Of a stretch of 64,000 nt of DNA, positions 1 through 9,026 are shown in pieces. The DNA is taken from contig CAWBHS010000102.1 of the NCBI GenBank assembly GCA_963788655.1, forward strand, positions 41,835 to 105,834, in the 5' to 3' direction. The notes beneath the pieces were generated by a model. That model was not told the origin of the DNA, made no database searches, and saw only the letters and a list, made by a program, of their open reading frames with translations. The position numbers and the translations under genes were made by a program. This DNA comes from an uncultured Verrucomicrobiae bacterium. Lineage in GTDB: Bacteria; Verrucomicrobiota; Verrucomicrobiia; Limisphaerales; JAFGQR01. Positions within the stretch are counted from its first letter, which is position 1, and every line of letters begins with the position of its first letter.

Positions 1-345
1 CAGCGGGTGCATCCACGGGCAGCCGGGCACCATTGCGCCCAAATAAGGCCACTCGTGTGGATGGTTCACCAAACCTGCGCGCCGGGGATTATCGAGCACG
101 TAGAAGCACGTCCGTTCAAACGCCCCACGCAAACGGTTTTTCTCCCGTAGCACGCTGTCATGCGATTGCTTTTGCAACTCGAATTCCGCCCCAGCAGACG
201 AGCGACGAGCGAGTTCTGCTGCCAGATGCTTTCGGATAAAACGACTGGCCAGACGCTGGTCGCTTCGGACACGCATTCCCATCCAGACTACGTGCAGATG
301 ATCCGGCATACGCACATAAACCGGACAGAAGAGGCTCTGCCGCCG
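1..345 (-). pseudogene. REP-associated tyrosine transposase (RAYT/Y1 HUH), 5'-truncated; runs off window edge
   Basis: Manual minus-strand translation (not in ORF track): LFCPVYVRMPDHLHVVWMG...LQKQSHDSVLRE...CFYVLDNPRRAGLV..PHEWPY. Shows MPDHLH HUH, Q..HD..LR and Y...NP motifs; in-frame TAG just upstream (~346-348). Confidence 0.8.
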
Positions 346-388
346 CTACGCCGCCATGAACCGTAGCGGCGCCTCGGCAGAGCGCCGC
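334..388. repeat. REP family E: GTAGCGGCGCCTCGGCAGAGCGCCGC (363-388) plus truncated inverted partner (334-349)
   Basis: GTAG-led palindrome; same family as the pair at 42135-42206. Confidence 0.7.
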
Positions 389-593
389 CAATTAATGCGG
401 TTTTCTCCCTCAAAAGCCTCGACGGAATCGCATTCTCCACCGACGGGCAATTCCCCGGTTCGTAGCATTGGAGCAAGACTTTCTTGATCACACCTTTACC
501 CGGCGCAAATCCACTCGAGTGTAACTGGCTCCTGACCCAAGCGTGACTTTCTTCTGGGAGGTTCGCCCGTGAAGTGGAGTTAGAGGCCGCTTG

Positions 594-989
594 TCAGCAG
601 ATCGTCGGCACATGGGGATAGCCACGGATCTTACCGTCGGTCGTCACGAGCGTCAGGCGCTCCAGCCGTGCGGTTGCGATGAGCAAGCGATCTGCCGGGT
701 CGTGGTGAATGGGCGGTGGCAGGCTGTAAGCCTCGGCCATGATTTCTGCGGTGATGGGCAGACAAGGCCACTCGGTTCGCTTCAACAAAGCAGCCCACCA
801 GAGGCGCCAGTGTTGTTTAAGCACGATCTTCCGGCGTTCCTGCAAGCAGGCCAGTTCCGCCACGGAGATCGCCGAGACAACGACCTCCCCCGCCGGTGCT
901 GCGTCAATCAGCGCCAGTGTAGCCGGGGTGAGGTCGGGCGTTTTCTCCGCAGTGAACAGGACAGCGCAAGTATCGAGGAGAAATGGCAT
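594..989 (-). CDS. vapC: PIN-domain type II toxin
   Basis: LLDT, SAISVAEL, HHDPADRLLIATA, LVTTD motifs; directly downstream of antitoxin. Confidence 0.92.
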   Translation of the reverse strand: MPFLLDTCAVLFTAEKTPDLTPATLALIDAAPAGEVVVSAISVAELACLQERRKIVLKQHWRLWWAALLKRTEWPCLPITAEIMAEAYSLPPPIHHDPADRLLIATARLERLTLVTTDGKIRGYPHVPTIC

Positions 990-996
990 GGCAGCA

Positions 997-1245
997 TCAC
1001 TTAAGCATCTCCCAGTCTTCCTCGGGAATTGCTGGCCCCGTGAGGTCGCCTTTAATTCGAACCGTGCCTTTCATGCAACCTACGACGTGGCGCTTGGATT
1101 TCCGCGGAGTGGGTTTGCGGATTGGTTCGACGCGGGCCAGCGGCACGTTGCGACGGCAGACGATTACCTCTCCCCCCTGTTCCACCAACGCGAGGAACTC
1201 AGAAACCCGGTCTTTGAATTCAGCGATGTTAACCGTTCTGCTCAT
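997..1245 (-). CDS. Phd/YefM family antitoxin
   Basis: VNIAEFKDRVSEFLALVEQGGEVIVCRRNVPLARVEP; 7 bp upstream of vapC. Confidence 0.9.
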   Translation of the reverse strand: MSRTVNIAEFKDRVSEFLALVEQGGEVIVCRRNVPLARVEPIRKPTPRKSKRHVVGCMKGTVRIKGDLTGPAIPEEDWEMLK

Positions 1246-1344
1246 GGCCAGAAAGATGGCCATGTTCCAGGCTAAATGCAAGACTTGATTGGAGGGCACT
1301 TGGGGCGCGGCCAGCGTTTTCACAGCGGTCTCCTCACATTACGA

Positions 1345-1374
1345 TTGCTTCATCGGCTCGCATACCACTAGGTT
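1345..1374 (+). promoter_or_regulatory. Putative sigma70 promoter giving a near-leaderless transcript
   Basis: TTGCTT-18-TAGGTT, 6 bp before ATG 1381; no Shine-Dalgarno. Confidence 0.5.
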
Positions 1375-1380
1375 TCGCGC

Positions 1381-2907
1381 ATGAAAAATCTCCGGTCTAT
1401 TTTTACCATCGCCACGGTTGCCGCCACGCTATGGTTGAGCAGCAGCCTGGCGCACGCCTTGAATCTGCCGCGCATTTTCTCCGACAACATGGTACTCCAG
1501 CGGGACGCGCCCGTAAAGGTGCGGGGGTGGGCCGATCCTGGACAGAACGTGACCGTTGCTTTTGCGGGGCAAACCAAAAAGGCCCAGGCCGGCGCGGACG
1601 GTAAATGGATGGTCACTCTCGACCCGTTGGCCGCGAATGCCGAAGCCGGCGAGATGGTGGTTGCAGTGGCGGGGCAAACGATTGCCATCAAGAATATCCT
1701 CGTGGGCGAAGTCTGGATTTGTTCCGGGCAATCCAACATGGAGTTCACTCTGGGCGCCACCCACAATGCGAAGGAAGTCATCGCTACTGCCAATCTGCCG
1801 TTGATCCGGCAGTTCAAAGTGCCGCACGTTACGCAGACCAAGCCGCAGCGAGATCTCCCGGGAGACTGGGCCGTGTGCTCGCCGCAAACTGCGCCGAATT
1901 TCACGGGAGTAGGCTTCCACTTCGGACTGCAATTGTTCAAAAAACTCAACGTGCCGATCGGGCTCATTAATTCGTCCTGGGGCGGCACCCGCATCGAGCC
2001 GTGGACCGATCGGGAGGGCTTCAAAGTGTCGCCCAAGTTGAAAGATATTTCCGCTTTCGTGGCCAGTGCGGACGAGGTCCATCGCCGGAACGTAGCCGCC
2101 TGGCTGGACCAGATCGAACCCTGGCTCAAACAGAGCCGTGCCGCACTCGACCACGGCGAAGACATTCCCGCGTTACCCGGCCAGATGCCGGAGCATCCGC
2201 TCAAGAATCCCGGGCGCCCCACGTCCATTTACAACGCCATGATTGCGCCGCTGATCGGTTATGGCATCCGTGGCGCTATTTGGTATCAGGGCGAAAGCAA
2301 TAATGGCGAGGGCAGGTTGTATTTTGAGAAGATGAAAGCGCTGATCGGTTCCTGGCGGCGGCTCTGGGCGCAGGGAGACTTTCCGTTCCTCTATGTGCAG
2401 CTTGCGCCGTATCGGTATAACAATCCCGCGGCCCTCCCGGCCATTTGGGAAGCGCAACTCGCGTCCTTGTCGATCCCCAACACCGGCATGGCCGTGATCA
2501 CCGATATTGGCAACGTGTCCGACATTCACCCCCGCAATAAGGAAGAAGTCGGCCGGCGGCTCTCACTGTGGGCGCTGGCAAAAACTTACGGTGTGGACGG
2601 GCTGGAGTATTCCGGGCCGCTGTACAAATCGATGAAAGTGGAAGGAAACCAAGCCGTGCTGACGTTCGATCACGCCGAGGGCTTGAAGTCGCTGGATGGG
2701 AAGCCGCTCTCCTGGTTTACCGTTGCCGGCGACGACAAAAACTTCGTCGAAGCCAAGTCAGAGATTGTGGGCAACACCGTCGTGGTGAGCAGCGACGCGG
2801 TGAAAAGTCCGGTTGCCGTTCGTTTTGGTTGGAACGAAACCGCTGAGCCGAACTTGGCCAACGGCGCGGGTCTGCCCGCTTCGCCGTTTCGCACGGACCC
2901 GTGGTAA
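1381..2907 (+). CDS. Secreted sialate O-acetylesterase (SGNH) family
   Basis: Signal peptide; FSDNMVLQR, GEVWICSGQSNM, WGGTRIEPW, IWYQGESN, DIHP. Confidence 0.92.
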   Translation: MKNLRSIFTIATVAATLWLSSSLAHALNLPRIFSDNMVLQRDAPVKVRGWADPGQNVTVAFAGQTKKAQAGADGKWMVTLDPLAANAEAGEMVVAVAGQTIAIKNILVGEVWICSGQSNMEFTLGATHNAKEVIATANLPLIRQFKVPHVTQTKPQRDLPGDWAVCSPQTAPNFTGVGFHFGLQLFKKLNVPIGLINSSWGGTRIEPWTDREGFKVSPKLKDISAFVASADEVHRRNVAAWLDQIEPWLKQSRAALDHGEDIPALPGQMPEHPLKNPGRPTSIYNAMIAPLIGYGIRGAIWYQGESNNGEGRLYFEKMKALIGSWRRLWAQGDFPFLYVQLAPYRYNNPAALPAIWEAQLASLSIPNTGMAVITDIGNVSDIHPRNKEEVGRRLSLWALAKTYGVDGLEYSGPLYKSMKVEGNQAVLTFDHAEGLKSLDGKPLSWFTVAGDDKNFVEAKSEIVGNTVVVSSDAVKSPVAVRFGWNETAEPNLANGAGLPASPFRTDPW

Positions 2908-2935
2908 GCGAAAGGACTACGCGAACCGTGCTCAC

Positions 2936-4531
2936 TTGGGTTGCCTGTTGAACCGGGGTCGCAGAATATTCCGCAGGCCGACCGTTCTGGGCTTTGGCCT
3001 TGGTCTGGTTGCGGCCACTTTAGCCAACGCTCAAACGACCTGGCCGTTGCATGCTACCGGACAGGACAGCCGGATTGACCTCACGTGGACTGCCGCCAAA
3101 CTCGACGATGCGGATGGCTTCCAAATTTATCGCTCGGCGCAGTCCAACGGCCCATTTTCGCTGCTCACCACGAAGCCGCACCATCCCACTGTGTTCAGCG
3201 ACTTCCTCGGTAAAAACAACCAGACGTTTCATTATCGGATAGTGGCGTTGCGCCGGGGAGCCCCCACCAGCACCTCAGCCGTAGCCACTGCCACGTCGCG
3301 GGCCATGACCGACGAGGAACTGGTCGAATCAGTGCAGCGCGCCACGTTCCGCTATTTCTGGGATTACGGCCATCCAATCAGCGGTTTAGCCCGCGAACGC
3401 AAAGGCAGCCGCGACACTTGCACCAGCGGGGGAACCGGCTTTGGCTTGATGGCCATTGTGGTGGGTGCCGAACGCGTCTGGATCCAGCGTGATGATGCCG
3501 CGTTGCGTTTGCTCAAGATGGTGCGTTTTCTCGAAGACAAGGCGACCCGCTATCACGGCGCTTGGTCGCATTGGTTGAATGGGCGCACCGGGCGAATCAT
3601 TCCGTTCTCGAAATACGACGATGGGGCGGACTTGGTGGAAACGTCCTATCTCGTCCAGGGCCTGCTCACTGTCCGCCAATACTTCAATCGCGAGAACGCC
3701 GTGGAACGGGATCTGCGCGAGCGTTGCACCCGCCTATGGCGCGAAGTGGAGTGGGACTGGTTTTTGCGGGAACCGAACAACCGTCGTCTGTTTTGGCATT
3801 GGTCGCCGAATTTTGGTTGGCAGATGAACCATCCGATTGGCGGCCATTTCAATGAGTGCATGATTACCTACCTCCTGGCCATCGCCTCTCCGACGCATCC
3901 CATCCCGCCGGAATGCTATTACCAGGGTTGGACCGGCGATCCACCCACCGGTTACGTGAATGGCCGGACCTATTACGGTTTCAAACAATGGGTCGGCTGG
4001 CCGATGGGGGGGCCGCTGTTCTTCACGCACTATTCCTTTTTAGGATTTGATCCGCGTCACTGGCGTGACCGTTACTGCAATTACTTCGAGAACAACCGGA
4101 ACATCTGCCGCATCCAACGGGCCTATTGCGCCGACAATCCGAAGCAACATCGCGGTTACAGCGAACTAACGTGGGGCCTGACCGCCAGCGACACGCCCGG
4201 CGGCTACCTGGCCCACGAACCGCGTCGTGACACCGGCACCATCACCCCTACCGCGGCGCTTTCCGCCATGCCGTATGTGCCGCAGGAGTCCCTCGCCACG
4301 CTCAAATACTTCTACCACCAAGATGGCCGCCAGTTGTGGGGTGAGTTCGGATTCAAAGATGCCTTCAATCTCGACAAGGATTGGTTCGCCGACAGTTACC
4401 TGGCCATTGACCAAGGTCCGACCATTATCATGATCGAGAACCATCGCACCGGCCTCTGCTGGCGTCTCTTCATGGCCAACGAGGAAATCCCACGTGCCCT
4501 CAAGGCCGTTGGATGGATTAAGGAGCCGTGA
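2936..4531 (+). CDS. Glucoamylase-like/GH144 beta-1,2-glucanase family with N-terminal fibronectin-III-like domain (start uncertain)
   Basis: SGGTGFG, DLVETSYL, FNECMITY, GGPLFF.HYS, WGLTAS, YLAIDQGP; N-terminal LTW...FQIYRS...YRIVA Fn3 pattern. Confidence 0.8.
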   Translation: MGCLLNRGRRIFRRPTVLGFGLGLVAATLANAQTTWPLHATGQDSRIDLTWTAAKLDDADGFQIYRSAQSNGPFSLLTTKPHHPTVFSDFLGKNNQTFHYRIVALRRGAPTSTSAVATATSRAMTDEELVESVQRATFRYFWDYGHPISGLARERKGSRDTCTSGGTGFGLMAIVVGAERVWIQRDDAALRLLKMVRFLEDKATRYHGAWSHWLNGRTGRIIPFSKYDDGADLVETSYLVQGLLTVRQYFNRENAVERDLRERCTRLWREVEWDWFLREPNNRRLFWHWSPNFGWQMNHPIGGHFNECMITYLLAIASPTHPIPPECYYQGWTGDPPTGYVNGRTYYGFKQWVGWPMGGPLFFTHYSFLGFDPRHWRDRYCNYFENNRNICRIQRAYCADNPKQHRGYSELTWGLTASDTPGGYLAHEPRRDTGTITPTAALSAMPYVPQESLATLKYFYHQDGRQLWGEFGFKDAFNLDKDWFADSYLAIDQGPTIIMIENHRTGLCWRLFMANEEIPRALKAVGWIKEP

Positions 4532-4546
4532 ACACGAACCGGAAGC

Positions 4547-5326
4547 CTACTCGACGACCACCGTGGCATCTTCGACCAAGACCGGATATTGGTAGTTGTA
4601 GCCGAAATCCTTGTCGGTGGCGAGTTTGCCGGTTACCAGCACAGTGTCGCCGACCTTCGCTTGCCCCGAGGTTGTGACCGTAAGATCGTTGGTTCCTGCC
4701 GCGCCAGTGCCGTCCTCGAGGTGAAGCCAGTTCTTCCCCATGATATTGGCGTTGAACTTGACCACCTTGCCGCGCACCTTGATCTCCTTGCCTTTGAGGT
4801 CAGCCTTGGCGGCGAAAATTTCCGCCACTGTATTGCCGCCTTCTGCTTTCTTGAGGCCGGAAAAGTCCAGCGTGGCTTGACTGGCAGCGCCGGTGATTGG
4901 CGGATGTCCCTTGGGCAATTGGGCGGGCATCGCACTCGCAGCCGGCTCGCCGTGGCCCACCGTCACGCGATCAACAAAGTAAACCACGTCGAAATCACGG
5001 TTCAGTGTGCTGCTGTGGAACTTTTCCATGGGCATTCCCGGTGGAACCGTTACGGCATCGCCCACCTTGACTTTAAACTGTGGAGCCGCCGCCCAGATGC
5101 TTTGCTTGCCAGTGTCCACGTTGACATAGGTGTAACCCCCGGAATTCATCGTCTCGACCACTTTGCCGGCGTAAATCGTTCCCGAGGTGGCCGAGGTGGC
5201 GGGTGCGGGATTGGTGGCAGCGGGCGTGGCATCGGCCCGAGGTGTGGAAGCGGTTTCGCGGCTGCACCCGACCAAGCTAAGGGCCAGAATCAGGCAACCG
5301 GTTGGTATCACAATATGCTTGTTCAT
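4547..5326 (-). CDS. Lipoprotein with two OB-fold domains (NrfJ-like/GW-domain family)
   Basis: Lipobox LVGC; GKVVETMNSGGYTYV and IMGKNWLHLEDGTG...DKDFG domains; LPKGHPP linker. Confidence 0.7.
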   Translation of the reverse strand: MNKHIVIPTGCLILALSLVGCSRETASTPRADATPAATNPAPATSATSGTIYAGKVVETMNSGGYTYVNVDTGKQSIWAAAPQFKVKVGDAVTVPPGMPMEKFHSSTLNRDFDVVYFVDRVTVGHGEPAASAMPAQLPKGHPPITGAASQATLDFSGLKKAEGGNTVAEIFAAKADLKGKEIKVRGKVVKFNANIMGKNWLHLEDGTGAAGTNDLTVTTSGQAKVGDTVLVTGKLATDKDFGYNYQYPVLVEDATVVVE

Positions 5327-5603
5327 TCGTAATTTATTTGCGTCTCTGCGCACGAATCAAGTCACAGGGAATCGGCCTGCGGCTCGCGCGCGAAAGCTTA
5401 ACCTAGCAAACCCCAATGGTGTCTCAAGTCGCATTTCAGCAAAAGATTTACCAAGTTGGAGATGGACCAGGGAGTGCCAGCCAACCTGGGTTCCCACCGG
5501 CAAATCGCTCGACTGGCGATTGGTATTGCTCGTGGCCTTTAAAACTTGCACCGCCGCGCGCGAATCGCCGTTCCTGAGCGCACGATCCTGTCTATTCGAT
5601 CCC

Positions 5604-6611
5604 TTAGTCCTTCACATATCCCTTGGCGTGAAACCAATCCACCGCGTCGGCAAAGGCCTGTCGGGGCGCCGTCTGCGGCAACCCCAATTCCCGGATGGCT
5701 TTGGCCGGATTGAAATACATTTTATAGCGCGCCATGCGCACCCCGGCTAAAGGCGCTTTCGGTGGGCGACCGGTGAACCTGGCGATGAACTCATCCACGT
5801 ATGCCGCGGTCAGCGCCACGTGATAGGGCATTTGCATGCGGGGCGCCGGCAGACCAGTGATTTCCGCCAACGTATCGAAGGCTTGTTTCATGGTCCAATT
5901 GCCGTCGGCGTGGCCGAGGATATACCGTTCGCCGACGCGACCCTTTTCGGCCGCCAGGATATGGCCTTGCGCGACATCTCGCACGTGAACCCAGTTCAAC
6001 CCCGTGTCCAGGTAGGCCGGCATTTGGCGGTTTAAGAAATCCACGATCACTTTGCCCGTCGGGGTCGGTTTGACGTCCCGCGGACCAATGGGCGCGCTGG
6101 GATTCACGATGACCACGGGGGCGCCCCCGGCGACGAGTTCGCGCGCTACCCATTCGGCTTTCCACTTGGACAATTTGTAGTGGTTGCTCATTTGCGCTTC
6201 ACTGACCGGTGCCTGTTCGTCAGTGGGGGCGGCCGGTCCATTCCCCGACTTCGGCAATCCGATGCAACCCACCGTGCTGGTATAGACAATGCGCGAACAC
6301 CCCGCTGCCTTCGCCGCCTCAATCACGTTCCGCGTCCCCTCGACATTGGCGGCATACATCGGGGCGTAATCCTTCAGCCAGAGATGGTAGCTGGCCGCGA
6401 CGTGAAAGCACCAATCGCACCCGCGCATCGCCGTTTCCAGCTCGGAACGATCCGCCAGATCGCCGGACACACGCTCGCAGTCTGCGCCCTGCAGTCCGCG
6501 CACGTCGCTGTGGGCGCGCAGCAGGGCCTTCACCTGATGACCTTGCGCGCACAATTCCTGAACCAAGTTGGCGCCAATGAATCCCGAAGCGCCGGTAACA
6601 AAGCATTTCAT
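5604..6611 (-). CDS. hpnA: Hopanoid-associated NAD-dependent sugar epimerase
   Basis: VTGASGFIG, FHVAA.Y.LW, YKLSK, PIGPRDVKPTPTG, DTGLN. Confidence 0.85.
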   Translation of the reverse strand: MKCFVTGASGFIGANLVQELCAQGHQVKALLRAHSDVRGLQGADCERVSGDLADRSELETAMRGCDWCFHVAASYHLWLKDYAPMYAANVEGTRNVIEAAKAAGCSRIVYTSTVGCIGLPKSGNGPAAPTDEQAPVSEAQMSNHYKLSKWKAEWVARELVAGGAPVVIVNPSAPIGPRDVKPTPTGKVIVDFLNRQMPAYLDTGLNWVHVRDVAQGHILAAEKGRVGERYILGHADGNWTMKQAFDTLAEITGLPAPRMQMPYHVALTAAYVDEFIARFTGRPPKAPLAGVRMARYKMYFNPAKAIRELGLPQTAPRQAFADAVDWFHAKGYVKD

Positions 6612-6784
6612 AACTTGAACCCGTTGCTGCGGCTTAAGATACGGACCTTTCCAACCGATGGAAATCCTGGAACTCGACGAAAATTAAGTGCAGGCGAGTT
6701 CTGCTGCCCAAGTCGGCAAAACATCCAACCGGCTGGGGGCAATTGACCGGGCCGCGGGGCGGCTTCGTTTGAGTGAAGTGGGTA

Positions 6785-7201
6785 ATGGCTATGCTGAACA
6801 AAATCTGTTCACGGAGGAAATTGACGCGGCGGGAACTGCGGAATTTGAACATCGAAATCGGCTTCTTCGAGGGGCTGGTTCGCCGTGATCCCACCTATTG
6901 CGAAGCTTTACAGGTGCTGGGAGTTGACTATTCGCGACGCGGTGATTTTTCCAAAGCGGTGCATATTCACGAACAACTGGCGGACCAGCTTCCCACCGAT
7001 CCCATCGTGCTTTACAACTTGGCTTGCTGTTATTCCCAGACCCGACAACTCCGCCGCGCCGCTGATGCACTCGACCGTGCCATCGCCCTTGGCTACAAGA
7101 ATTTCCGCACGCTTGCCAAAGATCCGGACCTGGCCAATCTGCGCAAGCACGCCGTGTTCAAACGCGTGCGCGCCCGCATCGTCGCCGTCACAGGAAAATA
7201 G
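6785..7201 (+). CDS. Small TPR protein
   Basis: YNLACCYS...ALDRAIALGY...KDPDLANLR TPR pattern. Confidence 0.8.
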   Translation: MAMLNKICSRRKLTRRELRNLNIEIGFFEGLVRRDPTYCEALQVLGVDYSRRGDFSKAVHIHEQLADQLPTDPIVLYNLACCYSQTRQLRRAADALDRAIALGYKNFRTLAKDPDLANLRKHAVFKRVRARIVAVTGK

Positions 7202-7206
7202 GACCA

Positions 7207-7338
7207 GGGGTCAGTCCCGATAATCAACAATTTGGGGTGGTGGTTTACCTTTCGTCGATGATCAGCTCTTGGATTGTGAAATACGAGTGTTAGAGCCCTC
7301 TGGTAAGTTTTTGGTTTGTTGATTACCGGGGCTGCCCC
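7207..7338. repeat. Inverted-repeat element (REPIN/MITE-like) with AT-rich spacer
   Basis: GGGGTCAGTCCCGATAATCAACAA (7207-7230) vs reverse complement of 7316-7338, GGGGCAGCCCCGGTAATCAACAA. Confidence 0.7.
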
Positions 7339-7398
7339 CATGGTGACTGATGGAGTTTGCGGTTGCGTTGTGCGCCCTTCAAAATTTAACTGCCAGCG

Positions 7399-7701
7399 AT
7401 GGCTGACAGTCTTGAAATCCCAGGGGAACCGGATGGGCCGGTTGAGCTGCCGATTGACGGCATGCTCGATTTGCACACGTTCCGGCCCCGAGATGTGAAA
7501 GAAGTAGTTACCGCTTATCTCGACGAATGCCGGAAGCGGGGTATTATCAAGGTCCGCATCGTCCACGGCAAAGGTATCGGTAATCTGAGGCGCACGGTAC
7601 ATGCGCTCCTCGAACGCCGGCCGGACGTGGAATCGTTCGCGCTGGCCAGTGAAGGCTTCGGCGGCTGGGGCGCGACCATCGTTCGATTGCGTCCCTCGTA
7701 A
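7399..7701 (+). CDS. Smr/MutS-related domain protein
   Basis: LDLHTF, VRIVHGKGIG, GGWGATIV. Confidence 0.9.
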   Translation: MADSLEIPGEPDGPVELPIDGMLDLHTFRPRDVKEVVTAYLDECRKRGIIKVRIVHGKGIGNLRRTVHALLERRPDVESFALASEGFGGWGATIVRLRPS

Positions 7702-7714
7702 TCCACCTCGGCGG

Positions 7715-8486
7715 ATGAAAGCAAAAGCAAATAAACGTTCCGTCCCATCCGCCTCGCCGCGAGGCCTGTTCGACCAAATGGCCGAACCCTTGGTCAAACC
7801 GGCAGCGGTTCAATCCGAAGAAAACTTGGCATCCGAGGGGCGCTACACCGAAGCGATCCGATATTTGTCGCGGGTGGACAAAGTTCTGGCGCGGCTGATC
7901 AAGCGGGTTGGGCCTTGTACCTTGGAAATCGAGAAACAAGTTAAACCTTACGAAGCGTTGGTCGAAGCGATCGTTTATCAGCAACTCCATGCCAAAGCCG
8001 CCGCGGCGATTCTGGGGCGCGTCAAACAGCTTTTTTCCACACGACGGTTTCCGCGTCCGGACGATTTTCTCGGAGTTCCTGAGGACCATTTGCGCGCGGC
8101 CGGTCTGTCGCGCGGCAAGATCGCGGCCATTGTGGATCTGTCGGCCAAAGTGCTTGCCGGAGTGGTACCGACCGCCCGCGCCATTCGTCGCATGAGTGAC
8201 GAAGAAATCATTCAACGGTTGGTCGCCGTACGCGGGATTGGGCGATGGACGGTCGAAATGCTATTGCTGTTCAGCCTGGGGCGTCCCGATGTTTTGCCTG
8301 GCACGGATTACGGGGTGCGTCAGGGATTTGCCATCACCTACAATCAGCCGGAATTGCCTTCTCCCGGAGACCTCATCAAACATGGCGAACGTTGGAAACC
8401 GCACCGATCGGTGGCCGCCTGGGTACTTATGGCGGGCGGTGGAATTGGCTCGGCGGCAACCTCCATTGCCAAAAGGAAAGGCATGA
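7715..8486 (+). CDS. alkA: DNA-3-methyladenine glycosylase II (HhH-GPD); one frameshift near 8420
   Basis: IVYQQL, VRGIGRWTVEM, PDVLP.TD.GV; C-terminus WKPHRSVAAW continues as YLWRA in another frame. Confidence 0.85.
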
Positions 8487-8570
8487 ATTCAGAGAATTTC
8501 CCAGATTTCATCAAGATTTCTCTATTTTGTGGTAGGAATTCAGATGGTTTTTCGGCTATTCTCCCTTCCT

Positions 8571-8813
8571 ATGGCCAGAATCTACCCTATAAACAGGCCG
8601 ACAAGTTCCGAACCACCGGCTCCGGAGCACGCCACCGTGGGGGAAGTGGAAAAAATGTTTGGCATCAGCCGTCGTATTTGTAATCAAAAAATTCGGGACG
8701 GCACCTTCCAAAGCATCGTATTCAGTGAAGCAGGTTCGCGTAAAAACGTGCGCTTGATCTATTTGGACTCCGTTCGGCGTTATCTTCGCCGCCAACAATC
8801 CGCTAACCGGTAA
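8571..8813 (+). CDS. Small excisionase/AlpA-like DNA-binding protein
   Basis: EVEKMFGISRR...IRDG.FQS.......RLIYLDSVRRYL winged-HTH pattern. Confidence 0.6.
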   Translation: MARIYPINRPTSSEPPAPEHATVGEVEKMFGISRRICNQKIRDGTFQSIVFSEAGSRKNVRLIYLDSVRRYLRRQQSANR

Positions 8814-9026
8814 CTCCCGATTTTTTCTGAATTATCTTCGGTCTAAGCTGTCTGATAAACTGGATATGTAGTTAGAATAAGGTTATTTGCGCGCAACTCC
8901 TTTCCGGGCTCCTCACCCAATTAGTTGTGTCGTTGTGAATAACTTACCCCTAAATGTTGTGGTTTGGACTTTACTTTAGGGCGTAGGTGCGGTTGTATTC
9001 AGCCGGTTTGGTTTATTGAATTAGAC

